Notes: generated by a model not told the origin, from the sequence alone. A stretch of DNA of 64,000 nucleotides from an uncultured Bdellovibrionales bacterium (GCA_964530135.1 CAZGXN010000001.1:68110-132109); one strand, 5' to 3'. Counted from the first letter of the stretch, positions 9,010 through 18,791 are shown. Program-made: numbers and translations.

Positions 9010-9723
9010 ATGGCAACCGTACAAGTGAGAAGTGTTTTGGGGCTTTTGCAAGCAGGATATGACCAGGAATGGCTCATCGATGGCTTTGTAGATGTCAATC
9101 AGGCCGCCTGGCCCCCACCTGTTCCATCACGATACCTCTGGACTCGAGAAAAGGTGCGGGCTCAATTCGAGCACTGCCCACATCTCCTATTTGTTGCCAT
9201 CATCAATGGCAGAATTATCGGCACACTTAGTGTTATACACATCAACCAGCAAGACGCTGAGAAAACTACTGATTGGGAAGATGTGAGTGCTCGCGGGACA
9301 CTTTCGACACATCAACCAACAGGTAACTGTGCTTTCGGGCTCGATCTGTCAGTCCGTCCAGATGCTGGCGAAAAAGTTGGTGATGTCCTCATTGAAAAGG
9401 GTATCCTCTGCTGTGTTGTACTCGATAACAAAAAGGGGGTATTTCTTGGATCGCGAGTACCAGGCTATGCCAAACGAGCTTCAAAAACTTCGATTGAAGA
9501 GCATGTGTTTGGGAAAAATGGACGGACCCGTGACCCAGAAGTACGACTGTATCAATCGGCAGGATTCCGGATTGTGAAAATCATCCCTGGTTACATGGAG
9601 GACCCAGAGAGTCTCAACTATGGGGTTCTCATGTTCTGGGAAAACCCCTACTACTGGTTTACCCGATTCATACCAAGATTGATCACCAGTACATTAGCAC
9701 GCTTGCTGGAAAAGTGGGTTTAG
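9010..9723 (+). CDS. GNAT family N-acetyltransferase
   Basis: Acetyl-CoA-binding-like core with a Y..GF motif (RLYQSAGFRIV). The start is set at M 9010 because of the consensus RBS. The track ORF begins at 8947. Confidence 0.55.
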   Translation: MATVQVRSVLGLLQAGYDQEWLIDGFVDVNQAAWPPPVPSRYLWTREKVRAQFEHCPHLLFVAIINGRIIGTLSVIHINQQDAEKTTDWEDVSARGTLSTHQPTGNCAFGLDLSVRPDAGEKVGDVLIEKGILCCVVLDNKKGVFLGSRVPGYAKRASKTSIEEHVFGKNGRTRDPEVRLYQSAGFRIVKIIPGYMEDPESLNYGVLMFWENPYYWFTRFIPRLITSTLARLLEKWV

Positions 9724-9788
9724 AAAAAATAAAAAACAAGAGCGGGAGATATCCAATAGATATTCTCCCGCTTTTCAATTTATCCAAC

Positions 9789-10262
9789 TTATCCAACTTT
9801 GAGAGACACAAAGACCAGCACGGTAGTGATGATTTCGAGACCAATCTCAGTCCAGGCAGACGCTTGGAAATATGGATGTAGTCGTTTACCGCCGGCCAGA
9901 ATGAGATAGCCAGGTGAGAGAAACGATACTCCCCGATTGATCACAAATCCCACCCAACCCACTATCCCAACAATTTTGATAGTCGTTACATCAAACTGAT
10001 TCACAATTTCATAAACTGCACGAAACTCCAGGCGAGCCAAATGCTGAGCAACATTCATGCCCATTGCTGCGAGAATCATGAGGGCCCCAATAATATAGAA
10101 TACCTCCGTAACAGCCACGAGGGAGAGATAGGTTCTTAGTGATACCCCCATCTCACTTTTCATTTTTGTTCCCTTGGCCACTGCCACAACACTGATAACG
10201 ATACCCAATACCCAAGCCACAACGGTAGTGGCATTTATGGCTATTTTCATCCATTCACTCAT
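9789..10262 (-). CDS. Hypothetical integral membrane protein (4-5 TM)
   Basis: Hydrophobic helices throughout; no recognisable motif. Confidence 0.5.
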   Translation of the reverse strand: MSEWMKIAINATTVVAWVLGIVISVVAVAKGTKMKSEMGVSLRTYLSLVAVTEVFYIIGALMILAAMGMNVAQHLARLEFRAVYEIVNQFDVTTIKIVGIVGWVGFVINRGVSFLSPGYLILAGGKRLHPYFQASAWTEIGLEIITTVLVFVSLKVG

Positions 10263-10514
10263 GCTCTATACTCCCAAATTTTTAAGGTCCATAAAAACTG
10301 TACAAGACACAAAACCTGTCCTTAGAAAAAATCATTGGACCCAGTATTGTACTACAAGAATCTGTAATTGTCAAGAAAAAAGAAATGGGCACCAAACTGA
10401 GTTTCACTCCCAGATGCGTTGAGTGATCTTTTTGAATGGAACACACCCATCTACCCAAAACACACTTCGCGCATATTCATTCTCCCTATATGTCTACGCT
10501 GTGAACTTTCACTG

Positions 10515-10910
10515 TTATGTATTGTAGATATTTCCCTCTGGATATCGATGTCCCCGTTCGACAAAGTTTTCCTCAGTGTCCTGGAGACCAAACGCATCCG
10601 TGAAGTACTTCACGGTATAACGATTGTCGAGACCATTGCGACAGGTATAGACATCGATACTGACAAAGCCGCGAGCTGGGAAAGTATGAATACTGATGTG
10701 GCTCTCTGCAATGACCACAAAACCACTCCAACCACCTGGATCCTTGCCATCGTTGCCGTGCGCTTCATACACGACCGGTGGCGCCAATTTTGTCATCCCG
10801 AGATCGGCCGGTAATTCATCCAAGCAGCGAAAGACAATATCTCTATCATTCAATTTTTCATAACTCCCGCCGTACCCATCGATCATCAGATGCTCTCCAA
10901 AATGACTCAT
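10515..10910 (-). CDS. speH: S-adenosylmethionine decarboxylase proenzyme, pyruvoyl-dependent (class 1b, SpeH/SpeD type)
   Basis: HLMIDGYG N-terminus and the self-cleavage/active-site motif AESHISIHTFPA. Confidence 0.8.
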   Translation of the reverse strand: MSHFGEHLMIDGYGGSYEKLNDRDIVFRCLDELPADLGMTKLAPPVVYEAHGNDGKDPGGWSGFVVIAESHISIHTFPARGFVSIDVYTCRNGLDNRYTVKYFTDAFGLQDTEENFVERGHRYPEGNIYNT

Positions 10911-11063
10911 ACCGAAAAGGAATAATTGTTACATACCGAAAAACTACCGGAAAATTTCCTCTACTAAGTATACCATAAAATTTCCCAAGGTAAACCCGAT
11001 CCCATTGTACAAAACAAACACCCGAGATATCCCGGGTGCTTGAAGCGTTGTGTTCAACTGAAT

Positions 11064-12497
11064 CTAGAACAAACGGAAGAGCCAACCGAACACCCCTGTC
11101 TTGGTAGACTGAGCCGCGATGAAATTCGCGAGTTTTGCGTTTTCGGATTTCAATTCGTTCAACTTCTCGTTCATCAGGAGGTTGAGTTCATTGTCCGTAA
11201 CTTTATCAGCAATTGACTGCATTGCTGCGATCTGACTCTCATTGATAGCCACTTCATTTTCCAGAGCATCCAAGACATCTTGGTCGTTTCCAAACAGTCC
11301 TTTGGCGATCCTGTTCCGATCCTCCAGATCTCGCACGAGCGAGACCACCTTGGCCGCTTCTTTCTTGTGATTGGCAGCGAGGGTACGAAGCGCGGAATGA
11401 TCTTCATCAGCATCGGCGAGCTCAGAGAGATCGTCTGAGGTATCCTCCACCTCGACTCCATGCTCATTTTCAAACTCATCATCATCCGAGACACCGAGAG
11501 CAAAGAGTGCACCTTCCACCGAATTTTTGATTGACTTCACCCGCCGTTCGATAGTTTCAAGAGCAGAAAGTCCGGCGAGTAGACTTGTACCTCCTGCGGC
11601 GATCTGAGCCTTGGCATCCGTCAAAGCCGATTCCGCCTCGGCCAAACTGGCTGCATAGGCCGCTGTATTACCACCAAACTGTGCCAAAAGTGCGATTTTC
11701 TCCTTGGTCTGACGAATCCGCTTCTCCACCTTGGCGATACTCTTGGCGACTTTCTCCGAGTCATGGAGCGTCTTGCCACGCGCGAAATGCGCCAATCTCT
11801 CCGTCGCCTTGGCAAGCGTCTTTATCCGATCAAGCTCATTGGCAGTAAAGGCTGCATCGACAGATCCGAGCCCAGCTTTGGCCAGTGCCAACTGAGCCAG
11901 TGCGGCCGAAACATCAACCCCCTCAGCCTGCTTTTCGAGGATTTCCTTTTCTGCTTTAGCGATCTTTTCATTCAACTTTTCGATCGTCTTATCCCGATCC
12001 TTGAACATCGCCTCACGATCATCATCCGAGTCATCGTCCATTTCATCTCCAGATTCATCCTCTACCTCATTTTCATCTGAGTCTGAGTCTGATTCGTCAT
12101 CCATATCATCGTCAGAAGAATCCTTGGCTGCTTCACGAGCTCGCTCAGATGCCTTTTTAGCTTCTTCACGCTTTCGCTCGTCCTCTTTCTTCTGCTTTTC
12201 AGACTTGGAATCATCCTTGTCGTCATCCTCATTGTCATCTTTGTCTTCGTCACTATCATCCTCATCCTCATCGCTATCACTATCATCATCGTCGCTCCCC
12301 GACTCAGCGGAGATCGGCTGGATACCCGGCACGCTTGACGGCCGGCCCGTCAGAAACGCCGCATACGCAAAATACCCCCCCAATAATAGAAAAGTAATGG
12401 CAGAAAACACTACTGCCTTACGAGACCCTTCTGTACGCATAGAGTTTTTCTTTGAATTTTTACCTAGCTTCATTATAGCCCATTGCCTGTGAGGCAC
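11064..12497 (-). CDS. Membrane-anchored protein with a long poly-acidic (D/E/S) low-complexity tract followed by coiled-coil repeats
   Basis: N-terminal TM helix (AVVFSAITFLLLGGYFAYAAF). About 130 aa of DDDDSDSDEDEDD... runs. The rest is heptad-like K/E/A-rich sequence. Confidence 0.6.
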   Translation of the reverse strand: MPHRQWAIMKLGKNSKKNSMRTEGSRKAVVFSAITFLLLGGYFAYAAFLTGRPSSVPGIQPISAESGSDDDDSDSDEDEDDSDEDKDDNEDDDKDDSKSEKQKKEDERKREEAKKASERAREAAKDSSDDDMDDESDSDSDENEVEDESGDEMDDDSDDDREAMFKDRDKTIEKLNEKIAKAEKEILEKQAEGVDVSAALAQLALAKAGLGSVDAAFTANELDRIKTLAKATERLAHFARGKTLHDSEKVAKSIAKVEKRIRQTKEKIALLAQFGGNTAAYAASLAEAESALTDAKAQIAAGGTSLLAGLSALETIERRVKSIKNSVEGALFALGVSDDDEFENEHGVEVEDTSDDLSELADADEDHSALRTLAANHKKEAAKVVSLVRDLEDRNRIAKGLFGNDQDVLDALENEVAINESQIAAMQSIADKVTDNELNLLMNEKLNELKSENAKLANFIAAQSTKTGVFGWLFRLF

Positions 12498-12507
12498 AAG
12501 ACCCGCT

Positions 12508-13662
12508 TCAAATCTTATGGAGGATCTCTAGAAACGACTGGGCGGCCTGAGACCAGGTGAAATGGCAACGCTGGGCTAAGGCTCGCTCGCGCAGTCGAGC
12601 CTGATACCCCTTATCACTCAATATGCCTTGCAATGCCTGAAAAATCTCATCCGGCCGGTACGGATCAACAAGCACCCCCGCCTCATCGATCACTTCTGGC
12701 AAGGAGGCTGAATGCGAGGCAATCACTGGGACCCCACATGCTAATGCCTCCAACGGCGGGAAACCAAATCCCTCGTAAAAAGAGGGGTAGACGAAAACAC
12801 TCGCCAAATTGTAGAGAGCGGGCTTGTCCGCATCGTCAACAAATCCGATGAGGTGAATCTTGTCCCGCACAGGTGAAGTATGAATCGCCCGAAAAAACTC
12901 TTCGTATTTCCACCCCGGGCAGCCCGCCAACACCAGCTCATACCTGGCCATCTCCGGATTTATCGCCGCACCCTGAAAAGCTTCAAACGCCGCAAGTAAA
13001 GCACCGAGGTTTTTTCTCGGCTCAATTGTCCCGAGATAAAGTATATATTTATAAGGAAGGTGGTACTTCTTCTGAACACCAAGGAGAGCGAGCGTGTTCC
13101 GATCCATCGGGGCAAATCGCTCGTCGATACCACTATGAATCACTTGAACTTTCGTCTCGGGCACATGGTATCGTGTGATGAGGTCGTCCTTGGTCGACTT
13201 GGAAACCGCTACAATCGCATCGGCACGCCGGAGCAACGCTCGAAAATTGACGGCATAGTGCCACAATCGCTGCTTCCACGAAAACATCTGAGGAAAAAAT
13301 TCAAATGATAGGTCGTGAGCCGTAACAATAAGTTTCACTTCTTGAGAGAAAGCGGCAAAGTTCAGATTGGGCATGAAAAATACATCGACCCCACCAATAA
13401 GGCGATCCAATTTCGGATAACGCCAGTACCACAGTGATAGATTGAGCAATTTGTTCGGGATTCGGAAACGGCGAACCGTTACCTGAGGAAAGCCTTCAGT
13501 CCAAGCGAGATTGGGCTCCTCATTTCCCCAGGCATTAAAAAAAAGCACATATTCATGCTCCCCTCCGAGCTGAAAAAGCGCACGGAGAAGTCCGATCGTG
13601 TATTCTTCCACCCCTGTCCGCCGGCCAGCGGCGAGCGAGCGGATATCGATGCCGATTTTCAT
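12508..13662 (-). CDS. Glycosyltransferase family 4 (GT4, GT-B fold)
   Basis: C-terminal GT4 signature ([20 protein letters not shown]). Confidence 0.85.
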   Translation of the reverse strand: MKIGIDIRSLAAGRRTGVEEYTIGLLRALFQLGGEHEYVLFFNAWGNEEPNLAWTEGFPQVTVRRFRIPNKLLNLSLWYWRYPKLDRLIGGVDVFFMPNLNFAAFSQEVKLIVTAHDLSFEFFPQMFSWKQRLWHYAVNFRALLRRADAIVAVSKSTKDDLITRYHVPETKVQVIHSGIDERFAPMDRNTLALLGVQKKYHLPYKYILYLGTIEPRKNLGALLAAFEAFQGAAINPEMARYELVLAGCPGWKYEEFFRAIHTSPVRDKIHLIGFVDDADKPALYNLASVFVYPSFYEGFGFPPLEALACGVPVIASHSASLPEVIDEAGVLVDPYRPDEIFQALQGILSDKGYQARLRERALAQRCHFTWSQAAQSFLEILHKI

Positions 13663-13720
13663 TGCTTGTACCGTTAAGCCAACCCCGTCTCTCCCTCTAT
13701 ATGCTCAGTCCGCTTTTATC

Positions 13721-14368
13721 TTATTTTTCTGTCTGCTTGGCTGAAGGCTTGCCGGACCAGTACCACCGGCCGATGACAACCCAAAATGCGATGAAGAATC
13801 CAGCCAAAAAACTCATACCGAGAGCGAACGGCAGTGTGAATCGGCCGTCACGAGCCAGCACCTCACTTGAGACGAGTGTAAACCAATTTTTATCCCTGGC
13901 TGATTCATTGAGACGCGCGACATACTGCTCCCCCACTTCAAGTAATGCAGCAGCGATTCGATCGGCCTCCACTGGTGTAGCAGCCTGATATGAAACCTGA
14001 ATGAGATTTGAGGAAAGACGAAGCGCTGTGAGTGGATTTCGAACAAATTCCCGCTCACGGTCCGCAGAGAACGACACTCGCCGTGCCGTCTCACGCCGGC
14101 CAATTTCAGTCTCGAGATACCGCGCAAGTGTCTCGGCCATCCGCTCATCTGCTTGCAGACGATAGAATTGGTCATATTGATAGCTCGTTGTTGCCTCTGT
14201 CCCCTGACGCGTGACTGAGAGGAGTACCTCGCCCTGATACCACTGCCCCTGCAAGCGATAACCGAGTATGCCACAAACAAGCGCAACGCCGACTACACCG
14301 GCAATGAGGTTTCTTTGCTGGACAAAAAGGGTGAGGAAGGCGCGCAATTCCATAGGTATTTCACTCAA
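13721..14368 (-). CDS. Wzz/polysaccharide co-polymerase-like chain-length determinant (two TM helices flanking a periplasmic domain)
   Basis: PCP-like topology. The TM helix near the N-terminus is LIAGVVGVALVCGILGY and the one near the C-terminus is FLAGFFIAFWVVIG. The gene sits between glycosyltransferases. Confidence 0.45.
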   Translation of the reverse strand: MSEIPMELRAFLTLFVQQRNLIAGVVGVALVCGILGYRLQGQWYQGEVLLSVTRQGTEATTSYQYDQFYRLQADERMAETLARYLETEIGRRETARRVSFSADREREFVRNPLTALRLSSNLIQVSYQAATPVEADRIAAALLEVGEQYVARLNESARDKNWFTLVSSEVLARDGRFTLPFALGMSFLAGFFIAFWVVIGRWYWSGKPSAKQTEK

Positions 14369-15513
14369 AGATATCCGTCTTGGGCCGATCCTGAGAATCC
14401 TCTCCGGCGACGCACGAGATGTTCGGCCACGAGACGCTCAACCGAGTTTTGTATTTTAGCCTGAAAAAGCACTTTGTCAAACCGCTGCGCCTGCTGTCGA
14501 ATATAGGCGCTATCATAACGACGAGTCAAAAATGCCTCAACGGCGCCAATCAAAGCCTCAGGTGATTGTTCATCAAAAAACTCCCCCATCCGGCCGGCAT
14601 CCAGATGTTCGATGATATCACCTCCACGATATGCAATGACCGGACGACCCGAAGCAAAGGCTTCTTCGGCAACGATCCCAAAGTCCTCCTCTTGAGGAAA
14701 GATAAATGCCCGACACTCAGCATAGTATTTTGGCAACGCCTCATCCGGCACGCGACCAAGGAATTCAATAGTCGGACCAGCGATTTTTTTAAGCCGTTCG
14801 AGTTCCGGACCACGCCCGATGATTTTGAGTGGAAGCTTCAGCCGATTGAATGCTTCAATCGCAATATCGTGCCGCTTGTACGCGATGAGCCGTCCAACCA
14901 TGAGGAAGTAGTCCTGACGAGCAGAGTCCGGCACCACAGAAAAGGCACTGACATCGACAGGTGGATGAATAACAATTGAGTCTTTGCGATAATACTTCGC
15001 GATGCGCGCCCGAACGAATTCGGAATTGGCAATAAAATGATCAACCCGATCGGCCGAAACTTTGTCCCAGAGACGGATGGGATTCATGAAAAATGGTACG
15101 AGCTGTTTGATGAAACGCGGGAAGCCAAAATCCTGCGTATACTTTTGACAGTCATCCCAAGCATAACGCATCGGTGTGTGCACATATGAGATATGCAATG
15201 TCTCCGGCCGAGTAATGATGCCTTTCGCATAACTCGAGGAATCCGACAAAACAACATCGTACTGGGAAAAATCAAAACTCTCAATCGCTGCAGGCATGAG
15301 TGGCGGGAAAAGCCGGTGATGTTTGCGAGCAAACCGCGAACGCTGCAGGAATGAGGTAACGATTCGCTTGCCGGAAAACTTTCCATGCATCGCTTCAGGA
15401 TCATGGAGGAGTGTATAAATCGGTGCGTACGGCCAAATTTCGGTGAACGCCTCAAGGACGCGCTCCGCTCCGCCATACTGCACCAAATAGTCGTGGACCA
15501 GCGCAATTTTCAT
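14365..15513 (-). CDS. Glycosyltransferase family 4
   Basis: MKIALVHDYLVQYGGAERV N-terminus and a GT4 C-terminal domain. Confidence 0.85.
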   Translation of the reverse strand: MKIALVHDYLVQYGGAERVLEAFTEIWPYAPIYTLLHDPEAMHGKFSGKRIVTSFLQRSRFARKHHRLFPPLMPAAIESFDFSQYDVVLSDSSSYAKGIITRPETLHISYVHTPMRYAWDDCQKYTQDFGFPRFIKQLVPFFMNPIRLWDKVSADRVDHFIANSEFVRARIAKYYRKDSIVIHPPVDVSAFSVVPDSARQDYFLMVGRLIAYKRHDIAIEAFNRLKLPLKIIGRGPELERLKKIAGPTIEFLGRVPDEALPKYYAECRAFIFPQEEDFGIVAEEAFASGRPVIAYRGGDIIEHLDAGRMGEFFDEQSPEALIGAVEAFLTRRYDSAYIRQQAQRFDKVLFQAKIQNSVERLVAEHLVRRRRGFSGSAQDGYL

Positions 15514-15739
15514 ATCGGGAAACTACAGATGTATTTATTGTACCCTACGCCCTCTCACACACCCCTCTTGACCACACCATCCCACCCCTTTCTCCGAACG
15601 CGACCGAATCAGATCGTGCACCTGGGCATGGAACACGCACTGGCTCAGATGTAAAGAGTATCCCGATACCCATCCGATTAAGATCATCCAGGTAAAAATC
15701 CGTATCTTCAGAGATGCTCCTATGGTAGCATTTTTCACT

Positions 15740-15769
15740 TTGACAAACTGGTGATGCTCTTGCTAATAT
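15740..15769 (+). promoter_or_regulatory. Sigma70-like promoter TTGACA-18-TAATAT upstream of the three-gene small-protein operon
   Basis: ttgaca at 15740-15745, 18-nt spacer, taatat at 15764-15769. Confidence 0.5.
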
Positions 15770-15820
15770 CTCGGACACAGAAACAGGTGTCGTTCCTTCC
15801 CAACATGTCAGGAGATCCCC

Positions 15821-16123
15821 ATGCAGACTATCATCGTGAAAAACATCACCGCGCTCCCAGGTGAAACAGTTCACCCCCAGACCATGATCCGGGCACTCAA
15901 TGGCATTCCGATTCCGTTTGACCTGCAACGCGCCTATACCCAGATCATGAATCAGCCGAAACTCCGATTACCCTCGACCGCCTATCTCCCCGTCCTCATC
16001 ATGGACATCGTGGAGGCACTCGGCGCGCACAACCGCATCGAGGCCATGATCTACTGGCGCGATGTCATCCGGCCGTATTACCTCGCTATCCCCATTACGA
16101 GTTGTACGCTCAACGAAACCTAA
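15821..16123 (+). CDS. Small hypothetical protein P1 (100 aa), paralogous to the next gene
   Basis: RBS AGGAG at 15806-15810 precedes the ATG. The sequence can be aligned by eye with P2 (...LPGETV... / ...GDGLETV...; C-termini PITSCTLNET / PIDCARLIET). Confidence 0.6.
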   Translation: MQTIIVKNITALPGETVHPQTMIRALNGIPIPFDLQRAYTQIMNQPKLRLPSTAYLPVLIMDIVEALGAHNRIEAMIYWRDVIRPYYLAIPITSCTLNET

Positions 16124-16139
16124 CCCCACAGGAGCTCTC

Positions 16140-16442
16140 ATGCCGAAAAAAATCCGCATCATCAAAGTCCCGTCCGGCGACGGGTTAGAAACTGTCCGAT
16201 CAAGTTTTGTCGGCTGCGAATTCAAACTCGCTGATCCGTCAATCACAGAACTCATCCGACAGAAATACTTTGCCGACTTGGCTATCGAATTGCCACGCAC
16301 CTATGAAGTCACCTTTGCCGAAACCCTGACTGGCCTCATCGCCGGTTGCCAGTATGAATGTGCTGACTATCTCAGAAGCCTCCGCTGCAAGCCCCATCTC
16401 ATTCGATTCCCCATCGACTGTGCCCGGCTCATCGAAACCTGA
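16140..16442 (+). CDS. Small hypothetical protein P2 (100 aa, MPKK... N-terminus, 5 Cys), paralog of P1
   Basis: RBS AGGAG at 16129-16133 and ATG at 16140. Confidence 0.6.
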   Translation: MPKKIRIIKVPSGDGLETVRSSFVGCEFKLADPSITELIRQKYFADLAIELPRTYEVTFAETLTGLIAGCQYECADYLRSLRCKPHLIRFPIDCARLIET

Positions 16443-16453
16443 AGGAGACTCAC

Positions 16454-16858
16454 ATGCTTCCCCTACTCACTGTATTGGTCGGTCCGACTGCCAAAATCGA
16501 TGTACGGAAAGGTACCACCAACCGCGCCTTGCGGAAACTGGCGACCCTCACCGCGCAGTGCATCAACTTCCAGCACGACACGGGCAAACCCTGCCGTCCG
16601 GGAGATGTCGTGATCCGGCTTTTTCTCTCGCCTGACTGTCCGGTGTACACGCTGAATGCCGGCGATGTCTCGGTCTCACTCGAGCTCGCCGAATCGGACC
16701 TCCCTCCACAAGATGAAGAATCCATCAGCGAATTCACTGATAGCCTCGCTGAGGCAATCGTGAACGACGGCCCCTTCGCTAGAACTGCCGGCGGAACTGC
16801 CGTCACCCACTGCCAGGTTCGTTGCGGGCATTACCTCGGCCGTGTCGTGATGTTCTGA
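16454..16858 (+). CDS. Small hypothetical protein P3 (134 aa, acidic middle, C-terminal HCQVRCGH)
   Basis: RBS AAGGAG at 16442-16447 and ATG at 16454. The gene lies just before the terminator. Confidence 0.6.
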   Translation: MLPLLTVLVGPTAKIDVRKGTTNRALRKLATLTAQCINFQHDTGKPCRPGDVVIRLFLSPDCPVYTLNAGDVSVSLELAESDLPPQDEESISEFTDSLAEAIVNDGPFARTAGGTAVTHCQVRCGHYLGRVVMF

Positions 16859-16902
16859 ATGCATCACTCCACTGCGCCACTGCGCAACGCGCACAATAAA
16901 AA

Positions 16903-16940
16903 AGAGACGACCCACCCCGGCCGTCTCGCTTTTTTTTCTG
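16903..16940. terminator. Rho-independent terminator (GAGACGACC...GGCCGTCTC stem plus T8), bidirectional between convergent genes
   Basis: A stem of about 9 bp with one mismatch, followed by gcttttttttc. Confidence 0.6.
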
Positions 16941-16955
16941 ATTGCTGCTCAATGA

Positions 16956-17981
16956 CTACACTCCGAAGTACTCTTTGTACCAATCAACAAAGTTCTTGAT
17001 ACCGGCTTCAATACGAGTGGTCGGCTTCCAGCCGAGTTTCCTGAGCTTGCGGATATCTGCGATGGTACTCGGCACGTCGCCAGGCTGGATGGGCATCATT
17101 TTCTGCTTCGCTTTCCGGCCTACATGCTCCTCGATGACCTCGATAAAACGGGTAAGTTTTTCTTCCTTGTCGCCACCAATGTTCATGATAGTGCAAACGA
17201 GATTTGCATCGAGACAGGTCAGAACGCCTGAGACAATATCATCAATATACGTGAAGTTGCGAGTCATATTGCCGTAATTGTAGACACTGATCGTTTTGCC
17301 TGCCAAGATGTCCCGAGTGAAAGTAAAGAGTGCCATATCCGGTCGACTCCATGGACCGTAGACCGTGAAGAAGCGCAGGCCCGTCGTCGGCAATCCGTGA
17401 ATGTGGCTATAGACATGTGCCATGAGCTCGGTCGCTTTCTTCGTCGCTGCATAGGGCGAGATCGGCGTATCAACCGGATCACTCTCGGCGAATGGCAACT
17501 TTTTATTATTACCATAGACACTCGATGACGAGGCATAGAGGAAGTTTTTCACGCCGTACTTAACGGCGAGGTCGAGGAGATAGGTGGTCCCCATCACATT
17601 TACATCAGCATAGATGGCCGGATTACGGAGACTATTCCGCACCCCTGCCATCGCTGCGAGATGAATAACTTTTTCGGGCCGCTCTTTCTTGAAGATCTTC
17701 TCCAAAAACGCCCGGTCGCGGATATCACCGCGATAGAGTGTGAACTTCCCCTTGTAGCCCTTCAAAAACTTCTTGATCCGATCCTCCTTGATCTGCGGAT
17801 CATAGTAATCATTAAAATTGTCGATGAGGATAGGCCAATCTCCACGCTCCATGAGGGCCCGTGCTGTTGCGCTGCCGATAAACCCAGCGCCGCCAGTAAT
17901 GAGGACTTTCATACCCTTCTTTGGGGGCTTCATTTTCTTCGCGCTCGGGCGGACCGTCTGAACCGATTTTTTGACTGGCAT
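16956..17981 (-). CDS. NAD-dependent epimerase/dehydratase (likely UDP-sugar 4-epimerase, e.g. UDP-glucuronate/GlcNAc)
   Basis: GGAGFIGS Rossmann motif and the YAASK catalytic motif (YAATKKATE). There is a roughly 23-aa basic N-terminal extension, and M 17912 is an alternative start. Confidence 0.85.
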   Translation of the reverse strand: MPVKKSVQTVRPSAKKMKPPKKGMKVLITGGAGFIGSATARALMERGDWPILIDNFNDYYDPQIKEDRIKKFLKGYKGKFTLYRGDIRDRAFLEKIFKKERPEKVIHLAAMAGVRNSLRNPAIYADVNVMGTTYLLDLAVKYGVKNFLYASSSSVYGNNKKLPFAESDPVDTPISPYAATKKATELMAHVYSHIHGLPTTGLRFFTVYGPWSRPDMALFTFTRDILAGKTISVYNYGNMTRNFTYIDDIVSGVLTCLDANLVCTIMNIGGDKEEKLTRFIEVIEEHVGRKAKQKMMPIQPGDVPSTIADIRKLRKLGWKPTTRIEAGIKNFVDWYKEYFGV

Positions 17982-17997
17982 ATATCTGTTTATACAG

Positions 17998-18789
17998 TTA
18001 TTTATGAAACATATCGCTCACGCGTTTCCAAAGCCCCCTCAGACCACTTCGTTGAAATTCACGATATCCATTTCCAGCAAGCTCCCTCAGCCGCGCTGCC
18101 CGCGATCCAGGGCGAAAAAATGATTGGCTTTGCGCTTGACGCTTTGTGAGATGCGCTGCCCATTGCTGATCGATGCGTTTGCGCTCGGCGGCACTGAGTA
18201 GACCCTTGCGTAGCACGAGTGCAAAGCCGTTCCCGATTTTATCATCTGTATCCTGAAAGTCAACCAACTCCCAGTCAAGCCCGATGGAACGCACGAGCTC
18301 AACAAGATCTTCTGTCACCCAATAACTGCAGTGTCCGGTCTCCGGATCCGGTATCACGCTCTCAGTCCCCGCATGCCGCGCCCACAGTTCGGCTCGTGTT
18401 GTCGCGGATCGACCCCGATCAAAAGTCCGTTCGCGATGCGGCACAATTAGATAGACATAGCCATCGGGTTTCACGACGCGATACCATTCAAACAACGCGG
18501 CAATTGGATCAGCAAAATGCTCGAGCACATGCGACGAAACGACAAAATCAACGGATGCATCAGGCACGGGCAGCTTGTCCCCGGGTGCCACAATATCAAT
18601 CGGAGCGACTTCACCTGAAATACGCAGCTCACCTGCCTTGTATGTACGTCGGTTAAATTCATCAGCGATATCGACATTTTTCGTAACCAGTCCGAAGGGA
18701 TTATGCGCCGAAGCACCAATCTCGAGACCGACGAGTCCGTCGAGGTACTGGTGAGCGAGTGCACTTTCCGGAAAAATACGCTGAACCAT
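17998..18789 (-). CDS. Class I SAM-dependent methyltransferase (type 11-like)
   Basis: VDFVVSSHVLEHFADP...VVKPDGYVYLIVPH. Confidence 0.75.
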   Translation of the reverse strand: MVQRIFPESALAHQYLDGLVGLEIGASAHNPFGLVTKNVDIADEFNRRTYKAGELRISGEVAPIDIVAPGDKLPVPDASVDFVVSSHVLEHFADPIAALFEWYRVVKPDGYVYLIVPHRERTFDRGRSATTRAELWARHAGTESVIPDPETGHCSYWVTEDLVELVRSIGLDWELVDFQDTDDKIGNGFALVLRKGLLSAAERKRIDQQWAAHLTKRQAQSQSFFRPGSRAARLRELAGNGYREFQRSGLRGLWKRVSDMFHK

Positions 18790-18791
18790 AG

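Noticed and set aside
12001-12492. Plus-strand Ser-rich ORFs, and ORF 12062-12289 on the minus strand
   Set aside because: They are artefacts of the GA/TC-rich repeat encoding the poly-acidic tract of the 11064-12497 gene. The minus-strand acidic coiled-coil frame is the continuous one and carries the TM anchor.
11064-12497. Possible CRISPR-like or tandem DNA repeat array suggested by the repetitive GAT/GAC runs
   Set aside because: The repeats are irregular triplet low-complexity coding sequence inside a long ORF. There are no unique spacers and no cas genes.
16860-17015. 51-codon ORF starting at the ATG right after the P3 stop and spanning the terminator
   Set aside because: It runs through the hairpin/T-run of a strong terminator and into the 3' end of the convergent epimerase gene. 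It has no RBS and is likely spurious.
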